Source: Candidatus Nanoarchaeia archaeon (GTDB lineage Archaea > Nanobdellota > Nanobdellia > SCGC-AAA011-G17 > GW2011-AR18). Taken from it: 64,000 bases of DNA. A model generated the notes under the pieces. That model was not told where the DNA came from and did not search any database. It saw only the letters and a list, made by a program, of their open reading frames with translations. Location of the stretch: assembly GCA_035289605.1 (NCBI GenBank), contig DATDWR010000017.1, forward strand, positions 29,981 through 93,980. The letters are read 5' to 3'. Below, one piece after another: positions 45,972 through 55,319 of this stretch. A program made the translations under genes and the position numbers. Numbering within the stretch: position 1 is the first letter of the stretch; each line of letters starts with the position of its first letter.

Positions 45972-46207
45972 TATAACTTACCTCTTAACCTATTTTTATG
46001 TATTAAGTCTATTATCTCTTGGGTTGAGTAAATTTTATCTTGCTTTATTTTATCCCCTAATTTGAATGCTTCCTCTAGTGTAAGAATATCATCCTCTTCT
46101 AAAACTCTGTTTATAACCTCTTCATAGCTTTCTCTAGGGTGAATTTTCTTGCTATCCAACTTCTTCTTTGTTTCTTCAGTTAATTGTATTGTAGTCATTT
46201 TTTTCAT
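45971..46207 (-). CDS. vapB: Ribbon-helix-helix-type antitoxin (VapB-like)
   Basis: 'TTIQLTEETKKKLDSKK...ESYEEVINRVLE'. Positioned immediately upstream of the PIN gene. Confidence 0.6.
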   Translation of the reverse strand: MKKMTTIQLTEETKKKLDSKKIHPRESYEEVINRVLEEDDILTLEEAFKLGDKIKQDKIYSTQEIIDLIHKNRLRGKL

Positions 46208-46209
46208 AA

Positions 46210-46227
46210 TCTATAACTAGTTATAGA
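46210..46227. promoter_or_regulatory. Perfect 18-bp palindrome, candidate operator of the RHH-PIN module
   Basis: TCTATAACTAGTTATAGA is its own reverse complement. It lies 3 nt upstream of the antitoxin start codon, between it and the TATA-like 'CTTATATAAG'. Confidence 0.45.
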
Positions 46228-46365
46228 CACTTATAAGTCTTTCTTATATAAGATATATTTTGAAATTAAAAAGCTTTTAGTAATATTTTTTGAAGGATTT
46301 TCGGACACTTCTAGTTTTTATTCTGACAAAAACAGCTTTTATGGGCTGTATAATGGCAAAACACA

Positions 46366-46377
46366 ATATTTATATAG
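46366..46377 (+). promoter_or_regulatory. TATA-like promoter element of the grpE-dnaK-dnaJ cluster
   Basis: 'ATATTTATATAG' about 50 nt upstream of the grpE ATG. A GAGGT Shine-Dalgarno motif sits at 46414-46418. Confidence 0.35.
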
Positions 46378-46422
46378 TTGATTGTACTACATATATGTTG
46401 AGCTTAAATCAACGAGGTATAG

Positions 46423-46923
46423 ATGGCTAATACAAAAAATAACCAAGAAAACAAGCAACTAGAAGAGATCAAAAAACAACTAGAAAATAAAGAAAAGACC
46501 TTACAAGAATACACAAATACACTACAAAGACTACAAGCAGATTTTGACAATTACACAAAGAAAGTAAAAAAAGAAAAAGAGGAATTTGAAAAATACGCAT
46601 CAGCAAGACTGGCACAAAGACTGCTAAACATTATAGATGATTTTGAGAGAACAGCAGAAAAGGTAAAGGCGACTGGGGACAAGGGGCTTGTGACTGGTGT
46701 TGAGATGGTGCAAAAACAGATGCTAAAAATTTTAGAAGAAGAAGGAATAAGACCAATAGAAGCCAAAGGACAGAAATTTGATCCATACAAACACGAAATA
46801 ATTGACATAAAAACTGGAAATGAAGATGAAGTAATAATAGAAGAAATACAAAAAGGATACTCAATGCATGACAAAATACTAAGAACAAGCAAAGTAATAA
46901 TCACAAAAAAGGGAGAAAACTAA
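46423..46923 (+). CDS. grpE: Nucleotide exchange factor GrpE
   Basis: 'LQRLQADFDNYTKKVKKEKEE' and C-terminal 'QKGYSMHDKILRTSKVII'. Confidence 0.9.
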   Translation: MANTKNNQENKQLEEIKKQLENKEKTLQEYTNTLQRLQADFDNYTKKVKKEKEEFEKYASARLAQRLLNIIDDFERTAEKVKATGDKGLVTGVEMVQKQMLKILEEEGIRPIEAKGQKFDPYKHEIIDIKTGNEDEVIIEEIQKGYSMHDKILRTSKVIITKKGEN

Positions 46924-46924
46924 A

Positions 46925-47110
46925 ATGTGCGACGATGAATGTGCAAAAGTAGACTCAAGCTACACAGATGTAAATGGAACTTATGGAAGAATGAACGGCG
47001 GATACATGGCACTAGGTGAAATGATGACAGTAAAACCAGTGTTCGGACTGACAGCGCAACCAGTACAAATAGGATATACTTCACTAAGAGACAACACATA
47101 TGCACAGTAA
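46925..47110 (+). CDS. Hypothetical small protein
   Basis: 61-aa ORF starting 1 nt after the grpE stop. No motif recognised. Confidence 0.25.
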   Translation: MCDDECAKVDSSYTDVNGTYGRMNGGYMALGEMMTVKPVFGLTAQPVQIGYTSLRDNTYAQ

Positions 47111-47122
47111 AGTAGAGGAAAA

Positions 47123-47260
47123 ATGAAAACACAAACAATGATGCTTCAAAAACCATACGAATGCCCAATATGCTTTACCAAATACTGCAAAGAAGAAGGG
47201 TATGTAAAGCATAGCTGCAGGAAAAGCGTTATGGCAATGAAAAAATTAATTGGAGGATAA
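47123..47260 (+). CDS. 45-aa classical-type (C2HC) zinc-finger micro-protein
   Basis: My own translation (below the ORF-track cut-off): [45 protein letters not shown]. It fits Y-x-C-x2-C-x3-Y-x5-Y-x2-H-x-C. Confidence 0.4.
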   Translation: MKTQTMMLQKPYECPICFTKYCKEEGYVKHSCRKSVMAMKKLIGG

Positions 47261-47265
47261 AGAAA

Positions 47266-49110
47266 ATGACAAAGATCGTAGGAATAGACCTTGGCACATC
47301 TAATAGTGCTGCAGCAGTAATGCAAGCAGGAAGACCAGTAATAGTTCCAAGCGCAGAAGGAACAAGCTTGTATGGAAAAGCATTCCCAAGCGTTGTAGCA
47401 TTCACAAAAGATGACCAGATGCTAGTTGGAGAGCCTGCAAGAAGACAGGCAGTATCAAACCCAGAAGGCACAGTCATAGGTGCGAAAAGAAAAATGGGCA
47501 CAGACTTCAAGTACAGAATACACGGAAAAACATTCACACCGCAACAGATATCAGCATTTATACTACAAAAAATCAAAAGAGATGCAGAAGAATTCTTAGG
47601 AGAAAAAGTTGAGAAGGCAGTAATAACTGTGCCAGCGTACTTTGACGACAATCAACGTCAAGCAACTAAAGATGCGGGAACTATTGCAGGATTAGAAGTT
47701 GTAAGAATAGTAAATGAACCTACTGCTGCATCACTAGCTTATGGAATAGACAAACAAGAAAAAGAATCTAAAATTCTAGTCTTTGATTTAGGAGGAGGAA
47801 CGCTAGATGTAACAATCATGGAACTAGGAGATGGAGTCTTTGAGGTTAAAGCGACAAGTGGGGATACACAATTAGGCGGAACAGACATGGATCTTGTATT
47901 AATGAATTTCATAATAAAAGAATTTGAGAAACAAACGGGAATAGACTTAAATGATGACAAGACAGCTGTGCAGAGAATAAGAGAAGCAGCAGAAAGATCA
48001 AAAATAGAATTAAGCACAATGATGGAGACAGAAATAAACCTTCCATTTATACACGGAACAAATAATTTACAGATGAAGATAACAAGATCAAAACTAGAGG
48101 AATTGATTGAGCCAATAGTTGCAAAATGCAAAAAGCCATTAATGCAGGCAATAAAAGACGCAAAACTAGAAATTGGAGAAATACATAAAATAATACTAGT
48201 TGGCGGACCAACAAGAATGCCAATAGTAAGAAAATTTGTAGAAGACACTCTAGATAGGAAAGCAGAAAGAGGCATAGATCCAATGGAGTGCGTAGCATTA
48301 GGAGCAGCTGTACAAGCAGGAGTATTAGGCGGAGAAGTAAAAGACATACTATTGCTAGATGTAACACCATTAACACTAGGAATTGAGACCCTAGGAGGAA
48401 TAAGGACTCCATTAATACAGAGAAATACAACAATACCTACAAAGAAAAGCCAAGTATTCAGCACAGCAGAAGACAACCAGACAGCTGTAACTATACACGT
48501 ACTACAAGGAGAAAGAGAAATGGCTACAGACAACAAAAGCCTGGGAAGGTTTGACTTGGTAGGAATACCTCCAGCACAAAGAGGAATACCACAAATAGAA
48601 GTAGCATTTGACATAGACGCAAATGGAATAGTGCATGTTTCAGCAAAAGACTTGGGAACAGGAAAAGTACAAAGCATAAAAATAACAGCAACAGAAAAGC
48701 TAAGCAAAGAAGAAATAGAAAAAATGCAGAAAGAAGCTGAGAAGTTTGCAGAAGATGACAAGAAGAAAAAAGAAGGAGCAGAAATAAAAAACCAAGCAGA
48801 AGCTCTAGTTTATACAATAGAGAAAACAGTGAAAGATCTTGGAGAGAAACTAGAGAAAGAGAAACTAGCAGAAGTAGAAAGAGAGAAAAATGAATTAAAA
48901 GACCTGATAAAAGCAAATGACACTACGAAACTAAAGAAAAAAATGGATGAACTGAACAAGCTAGTACACGAGATGTCATCCAAGATGTATCAAGAAGCAA
49001 TGAAACAGGAAAAAGAAGCAAAAGACCATGAAGTGAAGAAAGATAATAAAGAGAAAAAAGACAAAGTTGTAGATGCAGAAGTGATAGATGATGAAGATGC
49101 GGAAAAGTAA
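47266..49110 (+). CDS. dnaK: Hsp70 chaperone DnaK
   Basis: '[10 protein letters not shown]', 'DLGGGTLDV', '[10 protein letters not shown]' and '[15 protein letters not shown]'. GGAGG Shine-Dalgarno motif upstream. Confidence 0.97.
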   Translation: MTKIVGIDLGTSNSAAAVMQAGRPVIVPSAEGTSLYGKAFPSVVAFTKDDQMLVGEPARRQAVSNPEGTVIGAKRKMGTDFKYRIHGKTFTPQQISAFILQKIKRDAEEFLGEKVEKAVITVPAYFDDNQRQATKDAGTIAGLEVVRIVNEPTAASLAYGIDKQEKESKILVFDLGGGTLDVTIMELGDGVFEVKATSGDTQLGGTDMDLVLMNFIIKEFEKQTGIDLNDDKTAVQRIREAAERSKIELSTMMETEINLPFIHGTNNLQMKITRSKLEELIEPIVAKCKKPLMQAIKDAKLEIGEIHKIILVGGPTRMPIVRKFVEDTLDRKAERGIDPMECVALGAAVQAGVLGGEVKDILLLDVTPLTLGIETLGGIRTPLIQRNTTIPTKKSQVFSTAEDNQTAVTIHVLQGEREMATDNKSLGRFDLVGIPPAQRGIPQIEVAFDIDANGIVHVSAKDLGTGKVQSIKITATEKLSKEEIEKMQKEAEKFAEDDKKKKEGAEIKNQAEALVYTIEKTVKDLGEKLEKEKLAEVEREKNELKDLIKANDTTKLKKKMDELNKLVHEMSSKMYQEAMKQEKEAKDHEVKKDNKEKKDKVVDAEVIDDEDAEK

Positions 49111-49345
49111 AATGCCGAGATACAGGTTAACTAGACAAGATTGGGATGATATTAGCGACTCTTTAGAAGAAGACTCTATCGGGGTGATTGTTCAATAGAA
49201 CGTGAGGAAATAAGTAAAGAAACTGTGGAAATTAATTCAATAGTGGACATGGATTATCAAGCTATATTTAATTACCTTATAGAGAGAAGAAAGAATATTA
49301 TATATAAAAAGAAAAACAAATAAACCTCTTTAAAATTTTATTTTT

Positions 49346-50458
49346 ATGGCAGAAGACTACTATGAAACATTAGGAGTAAGTAAGAATTCCTCTAAAGAGG
49401 AGATTAAAAAAGCTTACAAAAATCTAGCTAAAAAATACCATCCAGATGTAAGCAAAGATCATGGCGATGGAGAAAAATTCAAAAAAATATCAGAAGCATA
49501 CGCAGTTTTAGGCGACGATACGAAGAAAGCACAATATGACCAATATGGAGAAGCAGGATTCCATCAAAGATATTCACAAGAAGACATATTCAGAGGATTT
49601 GACATAAATGACATATTTGGAGATTTCTTCGGAGGAGATAATCCATTTGAAATGTTTTTCAGCGGAGGATCAAGAAGAAGAACAAAAAGAGGACGAGATT
49701 TAAGATACGAACTAAGCATAAGCTTTGAAGAAGCATCACTAGGTACTACAAAAGAAATAGAAGTTGAGAGATTACTAAGCTGTGAAGAATGCCATGGAAC
49801 AGGAAGCGACGACGGAAAACTAAATATGTGTGAAAACTGCAACGGAGCAGGACAAGTAAGAACAAGCAGAAGAACACCATTCGGAAGCTTCACACAAGTA
49901 ACAACATGCGAAGAATGCAACGGAGAAGGGAAAACAATAACACATCCATGCAAAAAGTGTAGTGGAAGTGGAAGAATTAAGAAGATAAAAACTATAAAAA
50001 TAAACATACCAGCAGGTGTAGACAATGGCTCACAACTAAAAATAAGCAGAGAGGGAGAAGCAGGATTAAGAGGAAGCAATCTTGGAGACTTGTATGTTGT
50101 AATACATGTCAAGCCAAGCGAAATATTTCACAGAAGAGAATATGACTTAATATTAGAAGTGCCAATAACTATAAGCCAAGCAGCTTTAGGGGATGAAATA
50201 AAAGTACCTACGCTAGACAAAGAAGTCAGTATAAAAATACCTGAAGGAACACAACCTGGAACACAATTCAGGCTGAAAGGAAAAGGAGTGCCTTATGTAG
50301 ATGGGTATGGAAGGGGAGACTTGTATGTCATTGCAAATGTAGCTATACCAAAGAAAGTAAACAAAGAACAGAAAAAAATATTTGAAGAACTAAAGAAAAG
50401 CGAAGAAAAGAAGAGCTTAATTGAAAGAATAAAAGAATTCGCGAAAGAAAGACTTTAG
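49346..50458 (+). CDS. dnaJ: Hsp40 co-chaperone DnaJ (type I)
   Basis: J domain '[31 protein letters not shown]', a G/F region, and four CxxCxGxG repeats. Confidence 0.95.
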   Translation: MAEDYYETLGVSKNSSKEEIKKAYKNLAKKYHPDVSKDHGDGEKFKKISEAYAVLGDDTKKAQYDQYGEAGFHQRYSQEDIFRGFDINDIFGDFFGGDNPFEMFFSGGSRRRTKRGRDLRYELSISFEEASLGTTKEIEVERLLSCEECHGTGSDDGKLNMCENCNGAGQVRTSRRTPFGSFTQVTTCEECNGEGKTITHPCKKCSGSGRIKKIKTIKINIPAGVDNGSQLKISREGEAGLRGSNLGDLYVVIHVKPSEIFHRREYDLILEVPITISQAALGDEIKVPTLDKEVSIKIPEGTQPGTQFRLKGKGVPYVDGYGRGDLYVIANVAIPKKVNKEQKKIFEELKKSEEKKSLIERIKEFAKERL

Positions 50459-50475
50459 CTAATTTTATAATTCTT

Positions 50476-51252
50476 TTGCTTATTATGCATATGATGGACG
50501 AGATCAAAATTTTATCAGGAACAAAACATTCTTTTCTAGGCAATAGCCTACAAATGCAGGAGATTGAAATTTTGTTATCTGATTTGCAATATCCAGAACC
50601 TATACTAATAGTAGGAGACTCTGGCGTAGGAAAAACAACATTAGCAGAGGTAGTTCATGAAAAAAGATTCGGGGGCCAGATGGAGCCTATTTACTTATTT
50701 CCTAATAGAATTGATGTTTTAGTTAGGGAGTTATTTGGCAATGTAAGATATTCTCGTGAGCGTCAACCCAGATTAGAGAATGGATTAATAAGTAAAGCTG
50801 TAGGCAATAGCATAATAATAGAAAATCTAGACGAATTTTCAGAACTAACGTATGAACTAATTTCAAAAATTTTACCTTCTTATCCCCGTAAATTAAACTT
50901 GAGAAATGGAATAAGTTTTGTGGCTACTGCTAGAAATAGGAATAAACTTCCTCCAGAGATTATAGAAAGATTTACCAAAATACTTTATTTGCCCAATCTA
51001 GATACAAAAAGAGAAGAGGTACCTCATTTAGCAGATCATTTTTATAGACATTTTATGCAAAGACAAAATGTAGGGCATTTAGATTCAAATCCTTCATTAT
51101 GGAATATTTTAAAGACTGTTGAATGGCCAGGGAATATAAGGCAGCTAGAAAGTTTTGTGGAATATTGTGCTAGTCTCGGTTGGGATGGAAGCTTTGACCA
51201 GAGGCATGTTTTTAAAAGATATGAAAGTTGGATAAGTTGGCTTAAATTATGA
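50476..51252 (+). CDS. AAA+ ATPase resembling the sigma-54 activator (bEBP) central domain, without GAFTGA loop or HTH
   Basis: 'ILIVGDSGVGKTTLAEVVH' (Walker A), 'RELFGN', 'IIIENLDEF' (Walker B), 'FVATARN' and 'WPGNIRQLESFVE' (compare WPGNVRELEN). Confidence 0.7.
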   Translation: MLIMHMMDEIKILSGTKHSFLGNSLQMQEIEILLSDLQYPEPILIVGDSGVGKTTLAEVVHEKRFGGQMEPIYLFPNRIDVLVRELFGNVRYSRERQPRLENGLISKAVGNSIIIENLDEFSELTYELISKILPSYPRKLNLRNGISFVATARNRNKLPPEIIERFTKILYLPNLDTKREEVPHLADHFYRHFMQRQNVGHLDSNPSLWNILKTVEWPGNIRQLESFVEYCASLGWDGSFDQRHVFKRYESWISWLKL

Positions 51253-51926
51253 TAGAAGAACTAGCAAGAAATCCTGAAAAGTACAGAGCTGGAGATAACT
51301 ATACATCAAACAGCAACATAGTATTTCCTGTCGAATTCCAAGGAACAAGACTAATAAATAAAAAACCTAAAATAATAGCAACTGGAGTACATACATATTA
51401 TTTCTTAAGAAGCAAATTTGGAGACAGAAAATTATGCACCGGAAGAGAAAGCATAAAAAATGAAGCAAGAAAACTAAAACAACTGGAAGGATTAAGAATA
51501 CCAAGATTATACTATAATAACAGCGGAATAATAATCAGGGAATACATAGATGGAAAAGATTTCAGACAATTAGAAAACAGGGGAGAAATAGTAAGAACAC
51601 TTGAAGACACGCTAGAAATAATCAATAAAATACATGAAAGAGGCGTTGCAATTGGTGACTGCCATGCAAGAAACATAATATTTGGTGAAAATGGAACTTA
51701 CTATATTGATTTTGACGGAAAATTTGACGAAACAGACATGCTTAGAGCAAGAGCACTTGACATTGTTAAACTAGTAAATTCAACTTATTATATAACTAGA
51801 GACAAAGCACTTTCAATCTATGCAGCAGAAATGGCAGCAAGAACAATGAGAAGAGAAACAATTGAAGCTGCGAGAAATTTACTAGAAGAAAGAAAAATAA
51901 GTGATGAAGTTCTAAATACTAGCTAA
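51249..51926 (+). CDS. Bud32/RIO-like atypical protein kinase
   Basis: 'IIREYIDGKDF', 'IHERGVAIGDCHARNIIF', 'YYIDFDG' and 'RARALDIVKL'. ATGA overlap with the AAA+ gene. Confidence 0.55.
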   Translation: MIEELARNPEKYRAGDNYTSNSNIVFPVEFQGTRLINKKPKIIATGVHTYYFLRSKFGDRKLCTGRESIKNEARKLKQLEGLRIPRLYYNNSGIIIREYIDGKDFRQLENRGEIVRTLEDTLEIINKIHERGVAIGDCHARNIIFGENGTYYIDFDGKFDETDMLRARALDIVKLVNSTYYITRDKALSIYAAEMAARTMRRETIEAARNLLEERKISDEVLNTS

Positions 51927-52665
51927 CAAATTTTTCAATTACTTTAACATATTCTTTATTCAATCCTTCCAACCTAAACAAAACAACTTCACTAATTCCT
52001 GCTTCTTTACACAACTTTAAATCACGTTCCAGATTTTGCGGAGAAATTAATTTTTCATTTCCATCCATTCCAGTAGCAAGACAGCCAAGACCAATCAATA
52101 TTTTATTATTGTAATCTTCTTTTAATTCCTTTAATTTATTTTTAATATAATTATCATCCATCCAGGAATGAACAGATGAGTAAAGCATCTTGATTTTGAA
52201 ATTGCCATAAATTTTTGGATCAAAACTCAAACAGTTTTTAGCTGTGTACCTGTTTTCTTCCAAGTACTCTGCAGTGTATATTTTTCCCTTATAATGCTTG
52301 AAAAATGACTTAATTAGTTTCTTATTTTTGAAAGACTTAAAAAATTGGGTAAACATTAATGATCTTTTCTTAGGAAGCTCAGCATCCCATAAAATTGGAA
52401 TTTTCTCATTCATTAATTGATGAAATAGTCTGAGCAAAGCCTTCCTCTTGGAAAATGGAGAAAGCCAGTAACCTTCATCGACATTTAACACAGGCCACCA
52501 AATTAATTCCTTGACATTTTTGTATTCTTTTCTAATCTCCTTATCATATAATTTAAACCCTTCAATAGAATAATCTGCCAAGAATAATTTTGTTGGAAAT
52601 TTAACCAAAGAAAGCTTTGACAAAGTAGAATTATTTGGAAATTCCTCAAAGAAGTATATTTTCAT
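51919..52665 (-). CDS. Hypothetical protein
   Basis: 248-aa ORF. No motif recognised. Confidence 0.45.
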   Translation of the reverse strand: MKIYFFEEFPNNSTLSKLSLVKFPTKLFLADYSIEGFKLYDKEIRKEYKNVKELIWWPVLNVDEGYWLSPFSKRKALLRLFHQLMNEKIPILWDAELPKKRSLMFTQFFKSFKNKKLIKSFFKHYKGKIYTAEYLEENRYTAKNCLSFDPKIYGNFKIKMLYSSVHSWMDDNYIKNKLKELKEDYNNKILIGLGCLATGMDGNEKLISPQNLERDLKLCKEAGISEVVLFRLEGLNKEYVKVIEKFVS

Positions 52666-52718
52666 TACTACTTTAATATATAAATCTATATAAATAATTT
52701 TTGCCTTGTATTTTTATT

Positions 52719-53057
52719 ATGGTAAACAGACCTGAAGACTGCTACGTAGAATCAAGATTATTAAAAAGAAGATTTGGCATTGGTACTTTTGATCAAAAGC
52801 TAAATGCAGAATGCCCACTAGACGAAACACAACTAATTTTTACAGCAGATCCTGATGGCAGACATTATGTATGCAACGCATGCGGAACAGAATACAGATT
52901 TTGTGACTTTAGCAAGGAAGCACTAGAAAAACAAGCAGAGGAAAAGGCAAGATCACTGCAGAGAGCTCTTGATTATGCAAGACAAGGAAGAGTTAATTTA
53001 GCAATGCCAGAAAAATGGAATTCTATGAAAAAATATCCACAAGATTTAAATACATAA
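52719..53057 (+). CDS. Hypothetical zinc-ribbon protein
   Basis: From the internal ATG. 'CPLDE...YVCNACGTEY' is a 3-4 Cys ribbon followed by a helical tail. TATA 'TATATAAATAA' lies about 25 nt upstream. Confidence 0.35.
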   Translation: MVNRPEDCYVESRLLKRRFGIGTFDQKLNAECPLDETQLIFTADPDGRHYVCNACGTEYRFCDFSKEALEKQAEEKARSLQRALDYARQGRVNLAMPEKWNSMKKYPQDLNT

Positions 53058-53074
53058 TATTGTTATAGTTTTAT

Positions 53075-53629
53075 ATGCAAGCCTGGCTATGGGTTCTAAT
53101 AATTGTACTAGCTTTACTAGTTCTATATATAGTCTTCACATTTAACAGATTTATAACACTAAGAAACAGAGCACAAAATGCATGGAGCCAGATAGATATT
53201 CAACTAAAAAGAAGATTTGACTTAATACCAAACTTAATAGAGACAGTAAAAGGATACACAAAGCACGAAAGAGAAACTCTAAAAGAAGTGACAGAGGCAA
53301 GAACAGCATACATGAAAGCTACAGGTCCTGCTGGAAAAGCAAAAGCAGACAATATGCTTGAAGGGGCACTGAAATCAATATTTGCACTATCAGAAAGATA
53401 TCCAAAATTACAAGCAAATACTAATTTTATGCAACTGCAGGAAGAACTTACAGGAACAGAAAACAAAATAGCATACTCAAGACAATTCTATAACGACACA
53501 ATACAAACATTCAATACCAAATTAGAAAGCTTTCCAAGCAATGTAGTAGGAAGGATGTTCGGATTCAAGGAAAGAGAATTCTTTGAGGCAGCAGCTGCAG
53601 AAAGAGAAAACGTGAAAGTTAAATTTTAA
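53075..53629 (+). CDS. lemA: LemA family protein
   Basis: N-terminal TM plus 'RNRAQNAWSQIDIQLKRRFDLIPNLIETVKGY' and 'YNDTIQTFNTKLESFPSN'. Confidence 0.85.
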   Translation: MQAWLWVLIIVLALLVLYIVFTFNRFITLRNRAQNAWSQIDIQLKRRFDLIPNLIETVKGYTKHERETLKEVTEARTAYMKATGPAGKAKADNMLEGALKSIFALSERYPKLQANTNFMQLQEELTGTENKIAYSRQFYNDTIQTFNTKLESFPSNVVGRMFGFKEREFFEAAAAERENVKVKF

Positions 53630-53832
53630 ACTCTTTCTGCTTCAAGATAAGCGTGAAATTTGTAACAGCCTTTAGGACCAACATGTCGTACATACAAAAT
53701 CTCTAAAACCCTATAAACTGGTATCCAACCTCTTTCACTATTTAGGTAACCCAAAGTTCCTCCAGAACTCGGCTCTCTATCAAGCTCAACAATATTTACT
53801 TCTCTATCTACTAAAGCAAATTCATAACTCAT
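53626..53832 (-). CDS. Hypothetical small protein wedged antisense between lemA and htpX
   Basis: 68 aa from the internal ATG at 53832 (MSYEFALVDRE...). Compositionally distinct. Confidence 0.3.
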   Translation of the reverse strand: MSYEFALVDREVNIVELDREPSSGGTLGYLNSERGWIPVYRVLEILYVRHVGPKGCYKFHAYLEAERV

Positions 53833-53883
53833 AAAAATATTGTATAGATAAAATTTATATACATTACTAGTACAATATAATAC

Positions 53884-54783
53884 ATGGCAGAAAGAGTAAG
53901 CTTTTATGAGCACATGTCAGCAAACATCTGGAAATCAAGGCTAATAATGTTATTAGTTCTTGGCATGATTATTTTTTTAGGATACTTAATAGGAATATTC
54001 TTCATAGGAGTTGTGCCTGGAATAGTTCTTGCAGTAGTAATAGGCATAGTCTTCATACTTATAGGATACTTTGGAGGCGACGGAATAATACTCACATCAA
54101 CAGGAGCAGTTCCAGCAACAAAACAAAGCCATCCGCACTTATGGCATACAGTTGAAGGATTAAGCATATCTGCAGGAATACCAATGCCAAAAGTTTACGT
54201 AGTAAATGACACAGCAATAAATGCATTCGCAACAGGAAGAAACTACAAGCACGCCTCAGTAACAGCAACACAAGGAGCAATAGACAAGCTTAATCGACAG
54301 GAATTAGAAGGCGTCATTGGACATGAGCTGAGCCACATAAAAAACTATGATGTAAGATTCATGATGCTTACAACAGTATTAGTAGGCTTGGTTGTTCTGT
54401 TAAGCGACTTTTTCCTAAGAGCATTCATATTTGGAGGGAGAAACAGAGAAGGAAAAGGAGTGCATCCAGTATTCATAGTATTTGCCTTAGTTTTAGCAAT
54501 ATTAACACCAATAATAGGAGAACTAATGAAATTAACAATATCAAGAAAAAGAGAATATCTGGCAGATGCCAATGGGGCTTTACTAACAAGATATCCACAA
54601 GGACTAGCAGATGCGCTAAAAAAGATAAGAGATGACAAAGAACCGTTAGTAGAGGCTGCAAACAAGGCAACAGCTTCACTATGGATAGAAAACCCTTTAA
54701 GAAAAAGAAAGGTATTGATGAAAAGCTTATTTCAAACTCATCCGGACATAAACTCTAGGATAGAACGGCTAGAAAATATGTAA
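53884..54783 (+). CDS. htpX: M48-family zinc metalloprotease HtpX
   Basis: TM helices, 'GVIGHELSHIKNYD' (HExxH), and C-terminal 'REYLADANGA' and 'THPDINSRIERL'. Confidence 0.9.
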   Translation: MAERVSFYEHMSANIWKSRLIMLLVLGMIIFLGYLIGIFFIGVVPGIVLAVVIGIVFILIGYFGGDGIILTSTGAVPATKQSHPHLWHTVEGLSISAGIPMPKVYVVNDTAINAFATGRNYKHASVTATQGAIDKLNRQELEGVIGHELSHIKNYDVRFMMLTTVLVGLVVLLSDFFLRAFIFGGRNREGKGVHPVFIVFALVLAILTPIIGELMKLTISRKREYLADANGALLTRYPQGLADALKKIRDDKEPLVEAANKATASLWIENPLRKRKVLMKSLFQTHPDINSRIERLENM

Positions 54784-54824
54784 ACAGAAATTATTAAATA
54801 TCAGCATTAAAATACAAAAACAAC

Positions 54825-55301
54825 ATGAAAAAGAGCACAACATTATTATTTTTAATTTTAGCAGTGTTAATAGTTGCATGCACACAGTCAGACAAACAAC
54901 AAGCAGAAGCACTACAAGTTGAAACCATAAATGCAATAACAAACGCAGATGCTACAAAGACTGCATCAGTATTTTCTAAAGACTATATAGACTTCAGCCA
55001 AAGAAAGAGAGACCTTAATGAAGAATACTTCAAACAAGTATTTGAAAACGAGTTCTACAAGACAAGCATACAAGGAAGAGCAATGAACGAACTGTTTGAT
55101 GTAGACAAAAAAGAAGTCTTCAATTTTAAAGAAATATCAAACTCAAAATATAAAGATATAGGCAAAGAAACAGAATTTGAATTCAAAGAATGGGATATAC
55201 TAATTAATTATCCTCCAAAAGAAGGATCAGGAATACAAGAAGGATTCCTTGCAGTATACAGAAAAGAAAATGGGAAATGGATGATTGTTGCAGGAGAATG
55301 A
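54825..55301 (+). CDS. Putative lipoprotein
   Basis: 'LILAVLIVACTQSD' is a signal plus lipobox-like Cys. Confidence 0.5.
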   Translation: MKKSTTLLFLILAVLIVACTQSDKQQAEALQVETINAITNADATKTASVFSKDYIDFSQRKRDLNEEYFKQVFENEFYKTSIQGRAMNELFDVDKKEVFNFKEISNSKYKDIGKETEFEFKEWDILINYPPKEGSGIQEGFLAVYRKENGKWMIVAGE

Positions 55302-55319
55302 ATATTTTTATTTAAGTTT

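Noticed and set aside
47739-48761. A 340-aa minus-strand ORF, plus further 128-140-aa ORFs, antisense to dnaK
   Set aside because: They lie entirely inside the unambiguous dnaK reading frame. Their low-complexity Ser/Leu/Phe/Cys-rich translations are typical shadow ORFs of a Lys/Glu/Ala-rich gene.
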